Of a DNA stretch of 64,000 nucleotides, positions 1 through 9,948 are shown in pieces. Position 1 is the stretch's first letter, and each line of letters starts with the position of its first letter. A program made the position numbers and the translations under genes. A model generated the notes under the pieces. The model saw only the letters and a program-made list of their open reading frames with translations, did not search any database and was not told the DNA's origin. The stretch covers positions 1,856,001 through 1,920,000 of the forward strand of contig CBDEUK010000002.1 in NCBI GenBank assembly GCA_965243205.1, given 5' to 3'. The stretch comes from Gammaproteobacteria bacterium. Lineage in GTDB: Bacteria; Pseudomonadota; Gammaproteobacteria; Eutrophobiales; Eutrophobiaceae.

Positions 1-1543
1 CTGCCACCATAGCTTCAGTCTTTGCCAGTTCTTTAGCGAACGTATCCTGACGCAGTTTTTCATTGGCCTCAGCTTGGGCCTGCATTTTTGCATCATATTC
101 CTCTCGCTCAGCTTTCATTTTAGCGTCACGTGTCTCTTGTTCAGCCTTTCTTTTTTCAGCAGCAGCCTTGGCATCGGCTTCGCGTTTGGCTTTGGCGAGT
201 TCTTGAGGGGATGGGCCTTTATCAGGTTCTGGAACAAATTCTGGAGCAGATGGTACTGGCCAAGGATTACCAATTTCAGGCACTTTTTTCGCCAATTTTT
301 TCATTGAACTGGATTTCCATTTCCAACCGTAAAAACCGCCCTCTTTAACTTTATCAGGAACAATACGAGCATCGTATACTGCGCCATCTTCAGGTATATA
401 GGTATCAACCAAAATAGCACCAGGGTTCAATGTTAAGCCTTTCTTTTGTTCTGGATGAGGTACTAAGCTGCCATCTTTGTCGACATCCCACGCGAAGGTA
501 CGCATAAGCTTTCCATTATCTAACCACTGACATTCCCATCTTCCAGGAAAGTCGGCTAAGGATACATTTGCATTAGAGTTTTGATCTAAATCTGTCGGTG
601 GATAATCATCGGTTTTATCGTTGAATGGTAATACTGTGTGGTTTTGATAAAAGATCAAATACTCTCGATAATCTGTTCCACTGCGATATTCGAGCGAATT
701 ACGATCAGCATGTCGGACGACAACAGAACGCTCACTATTGCGATAGTATGGTCTTGTACGAGTACTATCCAGCCCTTTCATATTAGGAGCTTGTTCATTA
801 TTTGCGTTATATAGAGCCACAGGTTCACCATCAACCGTACAACGCATGTATTGACTACTCGATGTTTGAGTGCCGATATCATCTGGAGAACTGTTCCAAA
901 GCAGAACATAATTTCCACCTGCATGATCAGCATTGTAGTCAATCCATGAAGACATAATGGTGCTGAGAGATTCTTGATGACGTGAGACAAAATATTTAGG
1001 GGCGCGTACTACTTGTTGATTAGCAATAGCGTCTAATTTATCAACTTTGCCTATATAGATTTCATATGTGTGTACGAAATATTCTTTATCATTCGTGCCA
1101 TCAACATAATAAACATCGACTTCATAGTCACCAGTGCCAGCCGTAACAGGATCTAAAGCTCCTTGGTGTTTGTAACCCGACAACATATGTGGTTGTTGGC
1201 TTCCAGCAGATGTATTCATAACCGCTTTGTTTAGTTTTGGGTCACCTTTTTTTAGTACTTGAGTAACAGTACGACGCTTAGCAACTACGTCTCCGTCTTT
1301 TTTTAACACCAGCTTGATGCTACTTCGATCAGGAGCATCACCATAGATGCGTATTTCACCACTAAATTTAAACCCCTTATCAACTTGTTTGCCATCTATT
1401 GGTTCGGAGACACTTTCAACAGTAAAGAAGGTATAGCCATGATCGATGAACCAACCATCAGGCAGATCATTAGCAAGTGAAATAGGTGAAAGTAAACTAA
1501 GAAATACGATACATAGTAGGCGCGATGATTGGACAATAGTCAT
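1..1543 (-). CDS. Secreted hypothetical protein, >=514 aa, 3' end runs off the window (absent from ORF track)
   Basis: ATG at 1543 preceded by GGGG; hand translation gives an open frame to the window edge: MTIVQSSRLLCIVFLSLLSPISLA-NDLPDGWF (Sec signal peptide), then a globular region, a Pro-rich linker (WPVPSAPEFVPEPDKGPSP) and an Ala/Glu/Lys coiled-coil. Confidence 0.85.
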   Translation of the reverse strand, partial: MTIVQSSRLLCIVFLSLLSPISLANDLPDGWFIDHGYTFFTVESVSEPIDGKQVDKGFKFSGEIRIYGDAPDRSSIKLVLKKDGDVVAKRRTVTQVLKKGDPKLNKAVMNTSAGSQQPHMLSGYKHQGALDPVTAGTGDYEVDVYYVDGTNDKEYFVHTYEIYIGKVDKLDAIANQQVVRAPKYFVSRHQESLSTIMSSWIDYNADHAGGNYVLLWNSSPDDIGTQTSSSQYMRCTVDGEPVALYNANNEQAPNMKGLDSTRTRPYYRNSERSVVVRHADRNSLEYRSGTDYREYLIFYQNHTVLPFNDKTDDYPPTDLDQNSNANVSLADFPGRWECQWLDNGKLMRTFAWDVDKDGSLVPHPEQKKGLTLNPGAILVDTYIPEDGAVYDARIVPDKVKEGGFYGWKWKSSSMKKLAKKVPEIGNPWPVPSAPEFVPEPDKGPSPQELAKAKREADAKAAAEKRKAEQETRDAKMKAEREEYDAKMQAQAEANEKLRQDTFAKELAKTEAMVA

Positions 1544-1623
1544 TTTTTCCCCCAGAAAATGCCAATTGAAACGTTTTTATATTAACATGAATCAACTAAA
1601 CACCTATAAGCCTTAGGTATTAA

Positions 1624-1908
1624 TTAATCGATAATTTCAACCCCTTTCCAAAATGCTACGCGGTTTTTTATATGTAAGGCTTTTTCGTAGGGTTGTTTGT
1701 AAAACCAAGCCGCATCAGGATTCGTTTTACCATCTACAACGATATTGTAATAACTAGCGTTGCCTTTCCAATGACAGAATGTTTCTGTAGCGCTGGGTTG
1801 GAAAAATTCTTGATTGATAGTTTCATGAGGAAAATAGTAGTTACTTTCTACAATTTCAATATTGTTCGATTCAGCTAAAACAACATTATTCCAAAGTGCC
1901 TTTGCCAT
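1624..1908 (-). CDS. DUF427 family protein
   Basis: MAKALWNNVVLAES..IVESNYYFP..TFCHWKGNASYY..AAWFYKQP..RVAFW; start moved to ATG at 1908 because the ORF-track extension runs through a terminator. Confidence 0.85.
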   Translation of the reverse strand: MAKALWNNVVLAESNNIEIVESNYYFPHETINQEFFQPSATETFCHWKGNASYYNIVVDGKTNPDAAWFYKQPYEKALHIKNRVAFWKGVEIID

Positions 1909-1941
1909 AAGAATTGTTCTCGAAATGTAGCTATAGAAAAG

Positions 1942-1963
1942 AAAAAACCGGGGAAACCCCGGT
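1942..1963 (-). terminator. Rho-independent terminator of mscL
   Basis: ACCGGGG-AAA-CCCCGGT hairpin followed by a U-tract on the minus strand. Confidence 0.8.
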
Positions 1964-1995
1964 CTAAAGATACAACATCTCACATGATGTTTTAG

Positions 1996-2394
1996 TTATT
2001 TTTTTAATAAATCGCGTATTTCTGTTAACAGAACTTCTTCATTAGAAGGTTTAGGAGGCTCTGATGGTGCCTCTTCTTCTTTTTTCTTCATTGAATTCAT
2101 CGCTTTAACAGCAACGAATATTGCCATTGCAATAATTAGGAAGTCTATCACGGTTTGTATGAACGAACCATAGTTAATCGTAACAGCAGGTGTTTCACCA
2201 ACGGCTTCTTGTAGCACAATGGCCAGGTCGCTGAAATCGACACCACCAATCGCCACGCCTAAAGGCGGCATGATGATGTCATTGACGAAAGAAGATACGA
2301 TTTTGCCAAACGCAGCACCGATGATAATACCTACTGCCATATCGACGACATTGCCTTTGATAGCAAAATCCTTAAATTCAGAAAGCATTCCCAT
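1996..2394 (-). CDS. mscL: Large-conductance mechanosensitive channel
   Basis: [32 protein letters not shown]...YGSFIQ...LLTEIRDLL. Confidence 0.97.
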   Translation of the reverse strand: MGMLSEFKDFAIKGNVVDMAVGIIIGAAFGKIVSSFVNDIIMPPLGVAIGGVDFSDLAIVLQEAVGETPAVTINYGSFIQTVIDFLIIAMAIFVAVKAMNSMKKKEEEAPSEPPKPSNEEVLLTEIRDLLKK

Positions 2395-2483
2395 AGTAGT
2401 TTCCCCTAGATGTGTAATAAGTGAATATTATTTTTATAAGGATTTATACAACGATGAAATTATACCGAAAGTTTAGACTTTCT

Positions 2484-2903
2484 TCACTTTTCACCATAGA
2501 TGGTCAGCATAACGCGCCTTTCATGAGCTTGGTATCGATGCTCCCAGAGATAAATTCCTTGCCATGTTCCCAGGTTAAGTCGTCCATTTGAAATGGGGAC
2601 TGTCTCACTATTATTCGTCAAAATAGTTCTTATATGAGCCGCCATATCATCAGGACCCTCGGTATCATGTCGATAGTTGGGATCACCATCGATAACTAGT
2701 TTTTGAATGAAGTTTTCTAGATCGATACGCACAGTGGGATCGGCGTTTTCACACAAAATAAGTGAGGCACTGGTATGTTTTAAGAAAACATTACAAATGC
2801 CGGAATTTATAGAGTGATTATGGATGCAAGAAGAAATTTGTTGCGTGATCTCAATTGTGCCTCTTCCTTGAGTTTGAATAATCAATTCTTCTTGAATGAC
2901 CAT
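2484..2903 (-). CDS. yjbQ: YjbQ / UPF0047 family protein
   Basis: HTSASLILCENADPTV, HDTEGPDDMAAH, LGTWQGIYLWEHR. Confidence 0.9.
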   Translation of the reverse strand: MVIQEELIIQTQGRGTIEITQQISSCIHNHSINSGICNVFLKHTSASLILCENADPTVRIDLENFIQKLVIDGDPNYRHDTEGPDDMAAHIRTILTNNSETVPISNGRLNLGTWQGIYLWEHRYQAHERRVMLTIYGEK

Positions 2904-2918
2904 CGATAAGGATTTGTA

Positions 2919-4232
2919 TTACTTCTCAGGATTTAAAATACGCACTTCACGTTGAGGGAATGGCATTTGGATACCATTTTCTTTGAATGCATCCCAAATC
3001 ATCAAGTTCAGATCAGCAGCAACGCGATTAACGCCATCATCGATACCTTCCATCCAAAACTCTACTAGGATGTTGATGCCAGAATCACCAAATCCATCGA
3101 TTTCTGCATCAGGCTGTTCTGCAATCGTGGCTTCATCACCAGATAATACTTGTGGGTGCTTGGCGACTGTTTCTCTAACTACTTCTACCATTTTATGTAT
3201 ATCAGTAGAGTATGCGACTGAGAACTCTAAATCATAGCGTTGTTTTTTATTTTTATGTGTCCAGTTAGTAAAAGCAGTTGTAATGAATTGTTCATTAGGC
3301 ACCATGATGTCTTTACCATCATAGGTTTCCAAGGTTGCAGAGCGCATCTTGAGTTCACGTAAGGTACCTGTTCTGCCATCTTCCAGCTCTATGTAATCAC
3401 CAACCGTGATTGAACGATCCAATAAAATAATAATGCCAGAGATAAAGTTAGCCGCGATTTGTTGTAAACCAAAGCCAAGTCCAACACCTAACGCACCACC
3501 AAATACTGCCAACGCGGTTAAATTGATTCCCACAATCTGTAATAACAGCATGAACAGCACAATGAAGAGTAGGATCTCGAATAATTTCGCGAATACTTCA
3601 CGTGTCCCTGTATCAAGGCTGGCTTGATTACGAATCACTTGTTGGCCAGCAGAATTAGAAATTCGGCCTAACCAAAATAACACGCTACCAAATATGAGTG
3701 CTCTGGCTAATACATAAGCAGTAACATTAATATTACCAAGGCTTAAAGAAATACTGTCAAGAAAACCCGTAACGTCATCGAGCCAGCCAAATACATGTAG
3801 AGTGGCAAGAGGAATCCCAACCCAACGAAATAAACCATTAATAAAAGGATCTTTGATAAATCGTTTGATAACAGAAAATAAGAAAAAGACTACGGCCAGA
3901 CTTTCCGCAATACGTACAATCCAACTTTGACCTACTGAGGCTACGCAAACTTCGATAGCAACGGACAATAAGAAGATACATAAAGCCGGGAATATTAGAT
4001 CTTTGATTTCAAATAAAAGTTTTCGAATACCTAGAAAATTACCTTCATTTCCAGGTTCGTTAGCAAAAACAGGAATACGTTTTTTGAGTAGTTTGGAAAT
4101 GATCGATGCTAATAAAATAGCCACGAATATTGAACCGATCTGCATATAAAACTTAGGACTCGTAGCCCATTGACTGACGATTTCAAATAATTCAGTTGCT
4201 TTGACTTTGAGATCTTCTACGGTCATATTCAT
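2919..4232 (-). CDS. MscS-family mechanosensitive channel with extra N-terminal TM helices
   Basis: GALGVGLGFGLQQIAANFISGIIILLDRSITVGD, IMVPNEQF, GIQMPFPQREV. Confidence 0.92.
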   Translation of the reverse strand: MNMTVEDLKVKATELFEIVSQWATSPKFYMQIGSIFVAILLASIISKLLKKRIPVFANEPGNEGNFLGIRKLLFEIKDLIFPALCIFLLSVAIEVCVASVGQSWIVRIAESLAVVFFLFSVIKRFIKDPFINGLFRWVGIPLATLHVFGWLDDVTGFLDSISLSLGNINVTAYVLARALIFGSVLFWLGRISNSAGQQVIRNQASLDTGTREVFAKLFEILLFIVLFMLLLQIVGINLTALAVFGGALGVGLGFGLQQIAANFISGIIILLDRSITVGDYIELEDGRTGTLRELKMRSATLETYDGKDIMVPNEQFITTAFTNWTHKNKKQRYDLEFSVAYSTDIHKMVEVVRETVAKHPQVLSGDEATIAEQPDAEIDGFGDSGINILVEFWMEGIDDGVNRVAADLNLMIWDAFKENGIQMPFPQREVRILNPEK

Positions 4233-4263
4233 AAGCTTACCCTGGTTATCATTTATCAGTTTT

Positions 4264-5589
4264 TTATTCGCCTGCGATCGTCATCTCTTCGATGAGTATT
4301 GAGCCTGTACGAATGTTACCGCGTGTATCGACATCATTACCAATATCAAGGATCCGTTTATAAATATCTTTTAGATTCCCTGCTACCGTGATTTCTTCTA
4401 CTGGATATTGTAACTTGCCGTTCTCTACCCAATAACCTGAAGCCCCGCGTGAGTAATCACCAGTCACTTGGTTAACACCGAAGCCGATCATGTCTGTAAT
4501 CAGTAAACCAGTATCCATTTGCTTTATCAGTGTTGATAAATCATTTTTTCCAGGTTCGATAATTAAATTATGTACACCACCAGCATTGGCTGTCGGTTGC
4601 ATACCAAGTTTTCTAGCAGAGTATGCACTTAGGATATAGGTTTCTAACACACCATCTTTAATGATGCTTTTCTGCTTCGTGGCAACGCCATCATTATCAA
4701 ATGGTGCGCTACCCATCGCACGTTTAATATGCGGTTGTTCTGTGATATTAATAAAATCTTGAAACAGTTGTTGGCCTAAACTGTCTTGTAAGAAGGTTGC
4801 TTTGCGATACAAGGCACTGCCAGAAATGGCCGTTAATAATGCAGAGAACAAACCGCTCGCTACAGGCGCTTCATAAATGACAGGGCAGTTTCGTGTAGAA
4901 AGTTTTTGTGCGCCCAATCTTTCGACAGTTCTTCTTGTAGCTTCCTCGCCTATCTGTTTTGCATTTTGTAAATCTTCTGCGGCTCTGGTTTTGCTATACC
5001 AGCCATCGCGTTGCATACCATTTGTATCTTCAGCGATCACAGTACAATCCAACATGTGACTCGACCAATCCCACGTGCCCATAAAACCATGGGTGTTGCC
5101 ATAAACACTCTGCCCTGCGTAACTACTGAGCATGCAGCCATCCGAGTTTTTAATACGACTATCTGCATCAAAGGCATAACTTTCACATTCAATGGCTAAT
5201 TTAGTCGCATCTTCAGCACTGATGTCCCAAGGATGATAAAGATCCAGTTCGGGAAACTCAGTCGCCATTAATTCTGCATCAGCTAAACCGGCAGCAGCGT
5301 CTTCACTGGCATATCGTGCGATGTCACAAGCAGCACGTACCGTATCTTTAATAGCTTGTTCAGATAAGTCTGAGCTACTGGCATTACCTTTTTGTTGATT
5401 AATATAAACAGTAACGCCAAGCCCTTTTTCCCGTTCATGCTCGACTTTTTCAAGTTCTTTGACCCTTGTAGTAACGGTTAAGCCAGAGCCCATACCGATA
5501 TCGGCTTCAGCTGCAGTCGCGCCTTGCTTTTTTGCTTCGTCTAAAGTTTGTTCAACTAATTTGAACAGATCTTGATTTTGATTATTCAT
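4264..5589 (-). CDS. pmbA: PmbA/TldE metalloprotease subunit
   Basis: SAPFDNDGV, YILSAYSARKLG, GFGVNQVTGDYSRGASG, PVEEITVAGNL. Confidence 0.93.
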   Translation of the reverse strand: MNNQNQDLFKLVEQTLDEAKKQGATAAEADIGMGSGLTVTTRVKELEKVEHEREKGLGVTVYINQQKGNASSSDLSEQAIKDTVRAACDIARYASEDAAAGLADAELMATEFPELDLYHPWDISAEDATKLAIECESYAFDADSRIKNSDGCMLSSYAGQSVYGNTHGFMGTWDWSSHMLDCTVIAEDTNGMQRDGWYSKTRAAEDLQNAKQIGEEATRRTVERLGAQKLSTRNCPVIYEAPVASGLFSALLTAISGSALYRKATFLQDSLGQQLFQDFINITEQPHIKRAMGSAPFDNDGVATKQKSIIKDGVLETYILSAYSARKLGMQPTANAGGVHNLIIEPGKNDLSTLIKQMDTGLLITDMIGFGVNQVTGDYSRGASGYWVENGKLQYPVEEITVAGNLKDIYKRILDIGNDVDTRGNIRTGSILIEEMTIAGE

Positions 5590-5682
5590 TGAGTGTTATT
5601 ACGTCAGAGTGTTTTTTGTAGATTCTATCATTACTAATTTAAGTTTGATTCGAAAATCCATCACCAATGCTAAATTGGCTTA

Positions 5683-5697
5683 TGGTAAAATCGCCTG
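5683..5697 (+). promoter_or_regulatory. Extended -10 promoter directly upstream of the uvrD ATG
   Basis: TG-G-TAAAAT (5683-5691), 6 nt, then ATG at 5698; no SD motif. Confidence 0.5.
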
Positions 5698-7860
5698 ATG
5701 GATGTTTCTGCGATATTAGATCCCCTAAATGATGCTCAACGTAATGCGGTTGGTGCCGAAACTGGCAATATGCTGGTCTTAGCTGGTGCAGGTAGTGGTA
5801 AAACCCGAGTTCTAGTCCATCGTATTGCTTGGTATATCGAAACAGGCCAATCGAGCCCGTTTGGCATTCTTTCCGTTACTTTTACAAATAAGGCCGCAGC
5901 TGAAATGCGTGGTCGTATTGAATCGTTATTGGAACGACCACTGGGCGGTATGTGGGTTGGTACCTTTCATGGTTTAGCACATCGTATTTTACGTGCGCAT
6001 TTTCAAGAAGCCGGTTTACCTAATAGTTTTCAAATTCTCGATAGCGATGATCAATATCGATTACTCAAACGCGTGATTCGTGGCTTACAGTTGGATGACT
6101 CACAATTTCCTCCGCGTGAAGCACAATGGTTTATCAATGCGAAAAAAGATGACGGTTTAAGGCCGCAACATATTGATGACAATAATGATCATACTTTGTA
6201 TCAAATGGTAAGAATTTATACGGCTTATCAAGAGCAGTGTGAGCGTTCGGGCCTAGTTGATTTTGCTGAATTACTACTTAGAGCCTTTGAGTTATTTCGA
6301 GACAACGAAGGTTTATTAAAACATTATCAAGAGCGCTTTAAACATATCTTGGTGGACGAATTTCAAGATACTAATAGTCTGCAGTACGCTTGGTTGAAAA
6401 TGTTGGTCGGTAAAAGCGGTAATTTATTTGCGGTGGGCGATGATGACCAATCCATTTATTCATGGCGTGGTGCACGAATGGATAATATGCAACGTTTTGA
6501 ACATGATTTTAAAGATACGCAACTTATTCGTCTTGAACAAAACTATCGTTCAACTGGGAAGATTCTTAAAGCAGCAAATACATTGATTGCCAATAATGTT
6601 GGACGTTTGGGTAAGGAATTATGGACCCAAGGTGACGATGGTGAAAGCATCAATGTGTATAACGCCTATAACGAACAAGATGAAGCACGGTTTGTTCTGA
6701 ATCGTATAGGCAGCGATCATGGTGTTGGTAAACGTTATGAAGAAAATGCGATTTTGTATCGAGTCAGTGCGCAGTCACGTGTATTTGAAGAACAACTCAT
6801 GCAGTCGGGAATTCCTTACCGAGTTTATGGTGGTATGCGATTCTATGAACGTGCTGAGATCAAAGATGCCCTAGCCTATTTACGTTTAGTAATGATTCGT
6901 GACGATGATGCTTCATTTGAACGTATTGTGAATACGCCGACACGAGGTGTAGGTCAAAAAACCATTCAAGAGTTACGACAAATTGCAAAAGCAGAGCAGA
7001 TTTCTTTATGGAACGCTGCCATGCATTTAATTCAACATAAACTATTAAGTGCTCGTGCGATTAATGCATTGGAAGGTTTTGTGCATTTAATCCAGACAAT
7101 GGATCAAGCCATTCAATCGGAACCTTTGGATCAAAAAGTTGATAAGGTTATTAAACTCAGTGGCTTAATAGAACATTTCCAAAAAGAAAAAGGTGAGAAA
7201 GGACAAGCACGTATAGAAAACTTGGATGAACTTGTTAGTGCGGCTACAGGTTTTGAGGTGCAAGAAGATATTCATGGTGACATGGAACCATTACCTGCAT
7301 TCTTATCGCATGCAGCATTAGAGTCAGGAGAAACTCAAGCAGATGCCCATGCTGATAGTGTGAATCTCATGACGTTACATGCGGCCAAAGGCTTAGAGTT
7401 TCCGACTGTATATTTAGTTGGTATGGAGGAAGGTTTATTTCCACATCAACGCAGTAATGAAGATATTACGCAATTGGAAGAAGAACGACGGCTTTGCTAT
7501 GTTGGTATAACTCGAGCTGAGGAAAGTTTAACCTTAACACACGCACAACATCGCCGTATGCATGGTAGTGATTATTACCCCCAACCCTCACGATTTATCA
7601 GTGAATTACCTAAAGAGTTACTCAATGAAATTCGTTTAGGTGGAGCGGTTCAACAAAATTATTTTTCTAAAACAACAGGTGCCAATTCTGCAAATGATGG
7701 CGAGTTTCAATTAGGTCAACGCGTATCGCATGCTAAGTTTGGTGAAGGTGTTGTGTTAAATCTAGAAGGACAAGGTAGTCATCGACGAATCCAGGTTAAT
7801 TTTGAATACGAAGGTACTAAATGGTTAGTTTTATCGTATGCAAATTTAACCGCAGCTTAA
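5698..7860 (+). CDS. uvrD: DNA helicase II
   Basis: LAGAGSGKT, TFTNKAA, VDEFQD, VGDDDQSIY, LEQNYRS, EERRLCYVGITRA, C-terminal Tudor-like domain. Confidence 0.97.
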   Translation: MDVSAILDPLNDAQRNAVGAETGNMLVLAGAGSGKTRVLVHRIAWYIETGQSSPFGILSVTFTNKAAAEMRGRIESLLERPLGGMWVGTFHGLAHRILRAHFQEAGLPNSFQILDSDDQYRLLKRVIRGLQLDDSQFPPREAQWFINAKKDDGLRPQHIDDNNDHTLYQMVRIYTAYQEQCERSGLVDFAELLLRAFELFRDNEGLLKHYQERFKHILVDEFQDTNSLQYAWLKMLVGKSGNLFAVGDDDQSIYSWRGARMDNMQRFEHDFKDTQLIRLEQNYRSTGKILKAANTLIANNVGRLGKELWTQGDDGESINVYNAYNEQDEARFVLNRIGSDHGVGKRYEENAILYRVSAQSRVFEEQLMQSGIPYRVYGGMRFYERAEIKDALAYLRLVMIRDDDASFERIVNTPTRGVGQKTIQELRQIAKAEQISLWNAAMHLIQHKLLSARAINALEGFVHLIQTMDQAIQSEPLDQKVDKVIKLSGLIEHFQKEKGEKGQARIENLDELVSAATGFEVQEDIHGDMEPLPAFLSHAALESGETQADAHADSVNLMTLHAAKGLEFPTVYLVGMEEGLFPHQRSNEDITQLEEERRLCYVGITRAEESLTLTHAQHRRMHGSDYYPQPSRFISELPKELLNEIRLGGAVQQNYFSKTTGANSANDGEFQLGQRVSHAKFGEGVVLNLEGQGSHRRIQVNFEYEGTKWLVLSYANLTAA

Positions 7861-7880
7861 AATGTTTGAATGAGGAAATG

Positions 7881-8981
7881 ATGAAAAAACTATTTTTAAA
7901 TGCCATTTTATTATTTGGATTTTTAATTCTGAATGCTTGCGGACAAGGCGGTCAAACAACATCAACGGGTAGTGGTGTAGATACATCAAAAGTTTATAAC
8001 TGGAAGATGGTAACAACTTGGCCTGCTAACTTTCCGATTTTTCAGGAAGGTGCGCAAAAATTTGCGGATGAAGTAAAGGTTATGAGTAGTGGTCGATTGA
8101 ATATACAGGTCTACGCTGGTGGTGAGTTAGTGCCGCCTTTGCAAGTGTTTGATGCAGTCTCTCAAGGATCCGTCGAGATGGGGCATGGTTCTCCGTATTA
8201 CTGGGCCGGTAAAGTGCCTGCAGCACAGTTTTTTTCATCGGTTCCATTTGGTATGACAGCTAGAGGTATGAACGCTTGGCTTTATGGCGGCGGTGGTTTA
8301 GAACTGTGGCAAGAGATTTATCAGCCATTCAATTTGATTGCATTTCCAATGGGCAATACTGGTATTCAAATGGGCGGTTGGTTTAATAAGAAAATTGAAA
8401 GTGTGGATGATTTACAAGGGCTACGTATGCGTATCCCCGGTTTGGGCGGTAAGGTATTCAAAAGAGCTGGCGGTAATCCTGTGTTGATGGCCGGCAGTGA
8501 AATCTATACAGCTTTAGAGCGCGGTACGATCGATGCCACTGAATGGGTCGCACCATTTCATGATTTACGTTTAGGTTTAAATCGCGCGGCTGAATATTAT
8601 TATTTTCCAGGTTGGCATGAGCCGGGTACTGAGTTTGAATTAATGATTAATTTAGCAAAGTGGAAAACCTTACCTGAAGATTTACAAAAGATTGTAGAAG
8701 TGGCCGCACGTGCTAATAGTGAATGGATCTATGGTGAGATGGAATTTCATAATCAAGAGGCTTTAAAAACATTAAAAGAACAACAAAATATTCAAGTGTT
8801 ACCTTTCCCTGATGATGTAACCCAGACCTTAAAGCAAATGGCCAAGGAAACATTTGATGATGAAGCAGCGAATGATCCTGAATTCAAGCGTGTTTACGAT
8901 GCGTATACTGAATTCATGCAAAGCTATGCGGATTGGGATGAAATGTCAGAACGGGCTTACCAAAAGATTATTAACGAATAA
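7881..8981 (+). CDS. TRAP transporter substrate-binding protein (DctP/TakP-like), predicted lipoprotein
   Basis: WKMVTTWP, YYWAGK, GNTGIQMGGWF, LRMRIPGLGG, PGWHEPG; RBS GAGG upstream of ATG 7881; lipobox LNAC. Confidence 0.9.
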   Translation: MKKLFLNAILLFGFLILNACGQGGQTTSTGSGVDTSKVYNWKMVTTWPANFPIFQEGAQKFADEVKVMSSGRLNIQVYAGGELVPPLQVFDAVSQGSVEMGHGSPYYWAGKVPAAQFFSSVPFGMTARGMNAWLYGGGGLELWQEIYQPFNLIAFPMGNTGIQMGGWFNKKIESVDDLQGLRMRIPGLGGKVFKRAGGNPVLMAGSEIYTALERGTIDATEWVAPFHDLRLGLNRAAEYYYFPGWHEPGTEFELMINLAKWKTLPEDLQKIVEVAARANSEWIYGEMEFHNQEALKTLKEQQNIQVLPFPDDVTQTLKQMAKETFDDEAANDPEFKRVYDAYTEFMQSYADWDEMSERAYQKIINE

Positions 8982-9007
8982 GCATATTTAAATTTCGATT
9001 AAAGACT

Positions 9008-9265
9008 ATGGCAGACTGGTATGTCTACATGCTTCATTGTAATGATGACAGTTTGTACACAGGCATTACTACTGAATTAGAACGACGAGTCGAAGAGCAT
9101 AATTCTTCTAAAAAAGCAGCAGCTTATACCCGAGCGCGAAGACCCGTTAGATTGGTGTATTCTGAATTACATAGCTCTCGTTCCAATGCCTTAAAGCGAG
9201 AATACGAAATAAAGCAATTATCTCGACAGGAAAAAATCAAATTACAGAGTAATTTTAGGCAATAA
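9008..9265 (+). CDS. GIY-YIG nuclease (YhbQ/UPF0213-like)
   Basis: WYVYMLHC..SLYTGITT...RVEEHN...YTRARRPV...ALKREYEIK. Confidence 0.92.
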   Translation: MADWYVYMLHCNDDSLYTGITTELERRVEEHNSSKKAAAYTRARRPVRLVYSELHSSRSNALKREYEIKQLSRQEKIKLQSNFRQ

Positions 9266-9291
9266 AAAAGGAGGCTTATGCCTCCTTTTTT
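9264..9291. terminator. Bidirectional terminator
   Basis: AAAAAAGGAGGC-TTAT-GCCTCCTTTTTT between convergent genes. Confidence 0.9.
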
Positions 9292-9308
9292 GTTCGTCTA
9301 CATGAAAA

Positions 9309-9830
9309 CTATTTACTGTTTTCTACCATGTAATCTACAGCGGCTTTAACTTCTTCATCAGAAAAGCTACCACCACCACGGGCTGGCATCATAAAACCGC
9401 CAGGTCCTGTAAAACCATTGATAGCATGGTCATAAAGGGTGTTCATGCCTTGTTCTAAACGTGCTGTCCAATCATCAGCATTACCGACTACAGGGGCACC
9501 AATGCCTGGTACGCTATGGCACGCAACACACATACCGTTATAAACTTCTTCGCCACTTTTTCCAGCTCCTTCAGCTGCAGCAACGGTATCGCCTTCAGGC
9601 TCGGAAGAATCGTCTTCTTCACCATGAACACTGACTTCGGCCATTGGGGCTGTTTCTTCTGTGACCATGCTAGAGCGTTTTTCTTCTAGTGCTGCGGCTC
9701 TTTCTGTATTCAGTTCATCGTTAGAACCGTAGTTTTGAGCTAATACAAAAAACACCACCATAGCGATTGCCAAAATGACAATTACGTATGTGTAATTACG
9801 AAAAAAGATTTTATCTTGTTCTTCACTCAT
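9309..9830 (-). CDS. Membrane-anchored cytochrome c5
   Basis: N-terminal TM helix, CVACH, GAPVVGN, MMPARGG. Confidence 0.92.
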   Translation of the reverse strand: MSEEQDKIFFRNYTYVIVILAIAMVVFFVLAQNYGSNDELNTERAAALEEKRSSMVTEETAPMAEVSVHGEEDDSSEPEGDTVAAAEGAGKSGEEVYNGMCVACHSVPGIGAPVVGNADDWTARLEQGMNTLYDHAINGFTGPGGFMMPARGGGSFSDEEVKAAVDYMVENSK

Positions 9831-9948
9831 CGGATATTCCTCTATTCACCCGTTTTAAGGTTTACTTTTTATAATGTTTGAAAACAGCGTCGCAGTATAC
9901 CGATTGCAATCGTTTCTGGAAACTCTGTTTTCTAGCGTATTTTTAGAG

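Noticed and set aside
74-990. ORF-track entries 74..307, 130..348 and 778..990
   Set aside because: Antisense or alternate-frame shadows of the long minus-strand CDS starting at 1543
9008-9265. GIY-YIG as a homing or mobile nuclease
   Set aside because: 85-aa stand-alone YhbQ type with no intron, intein or mobile context
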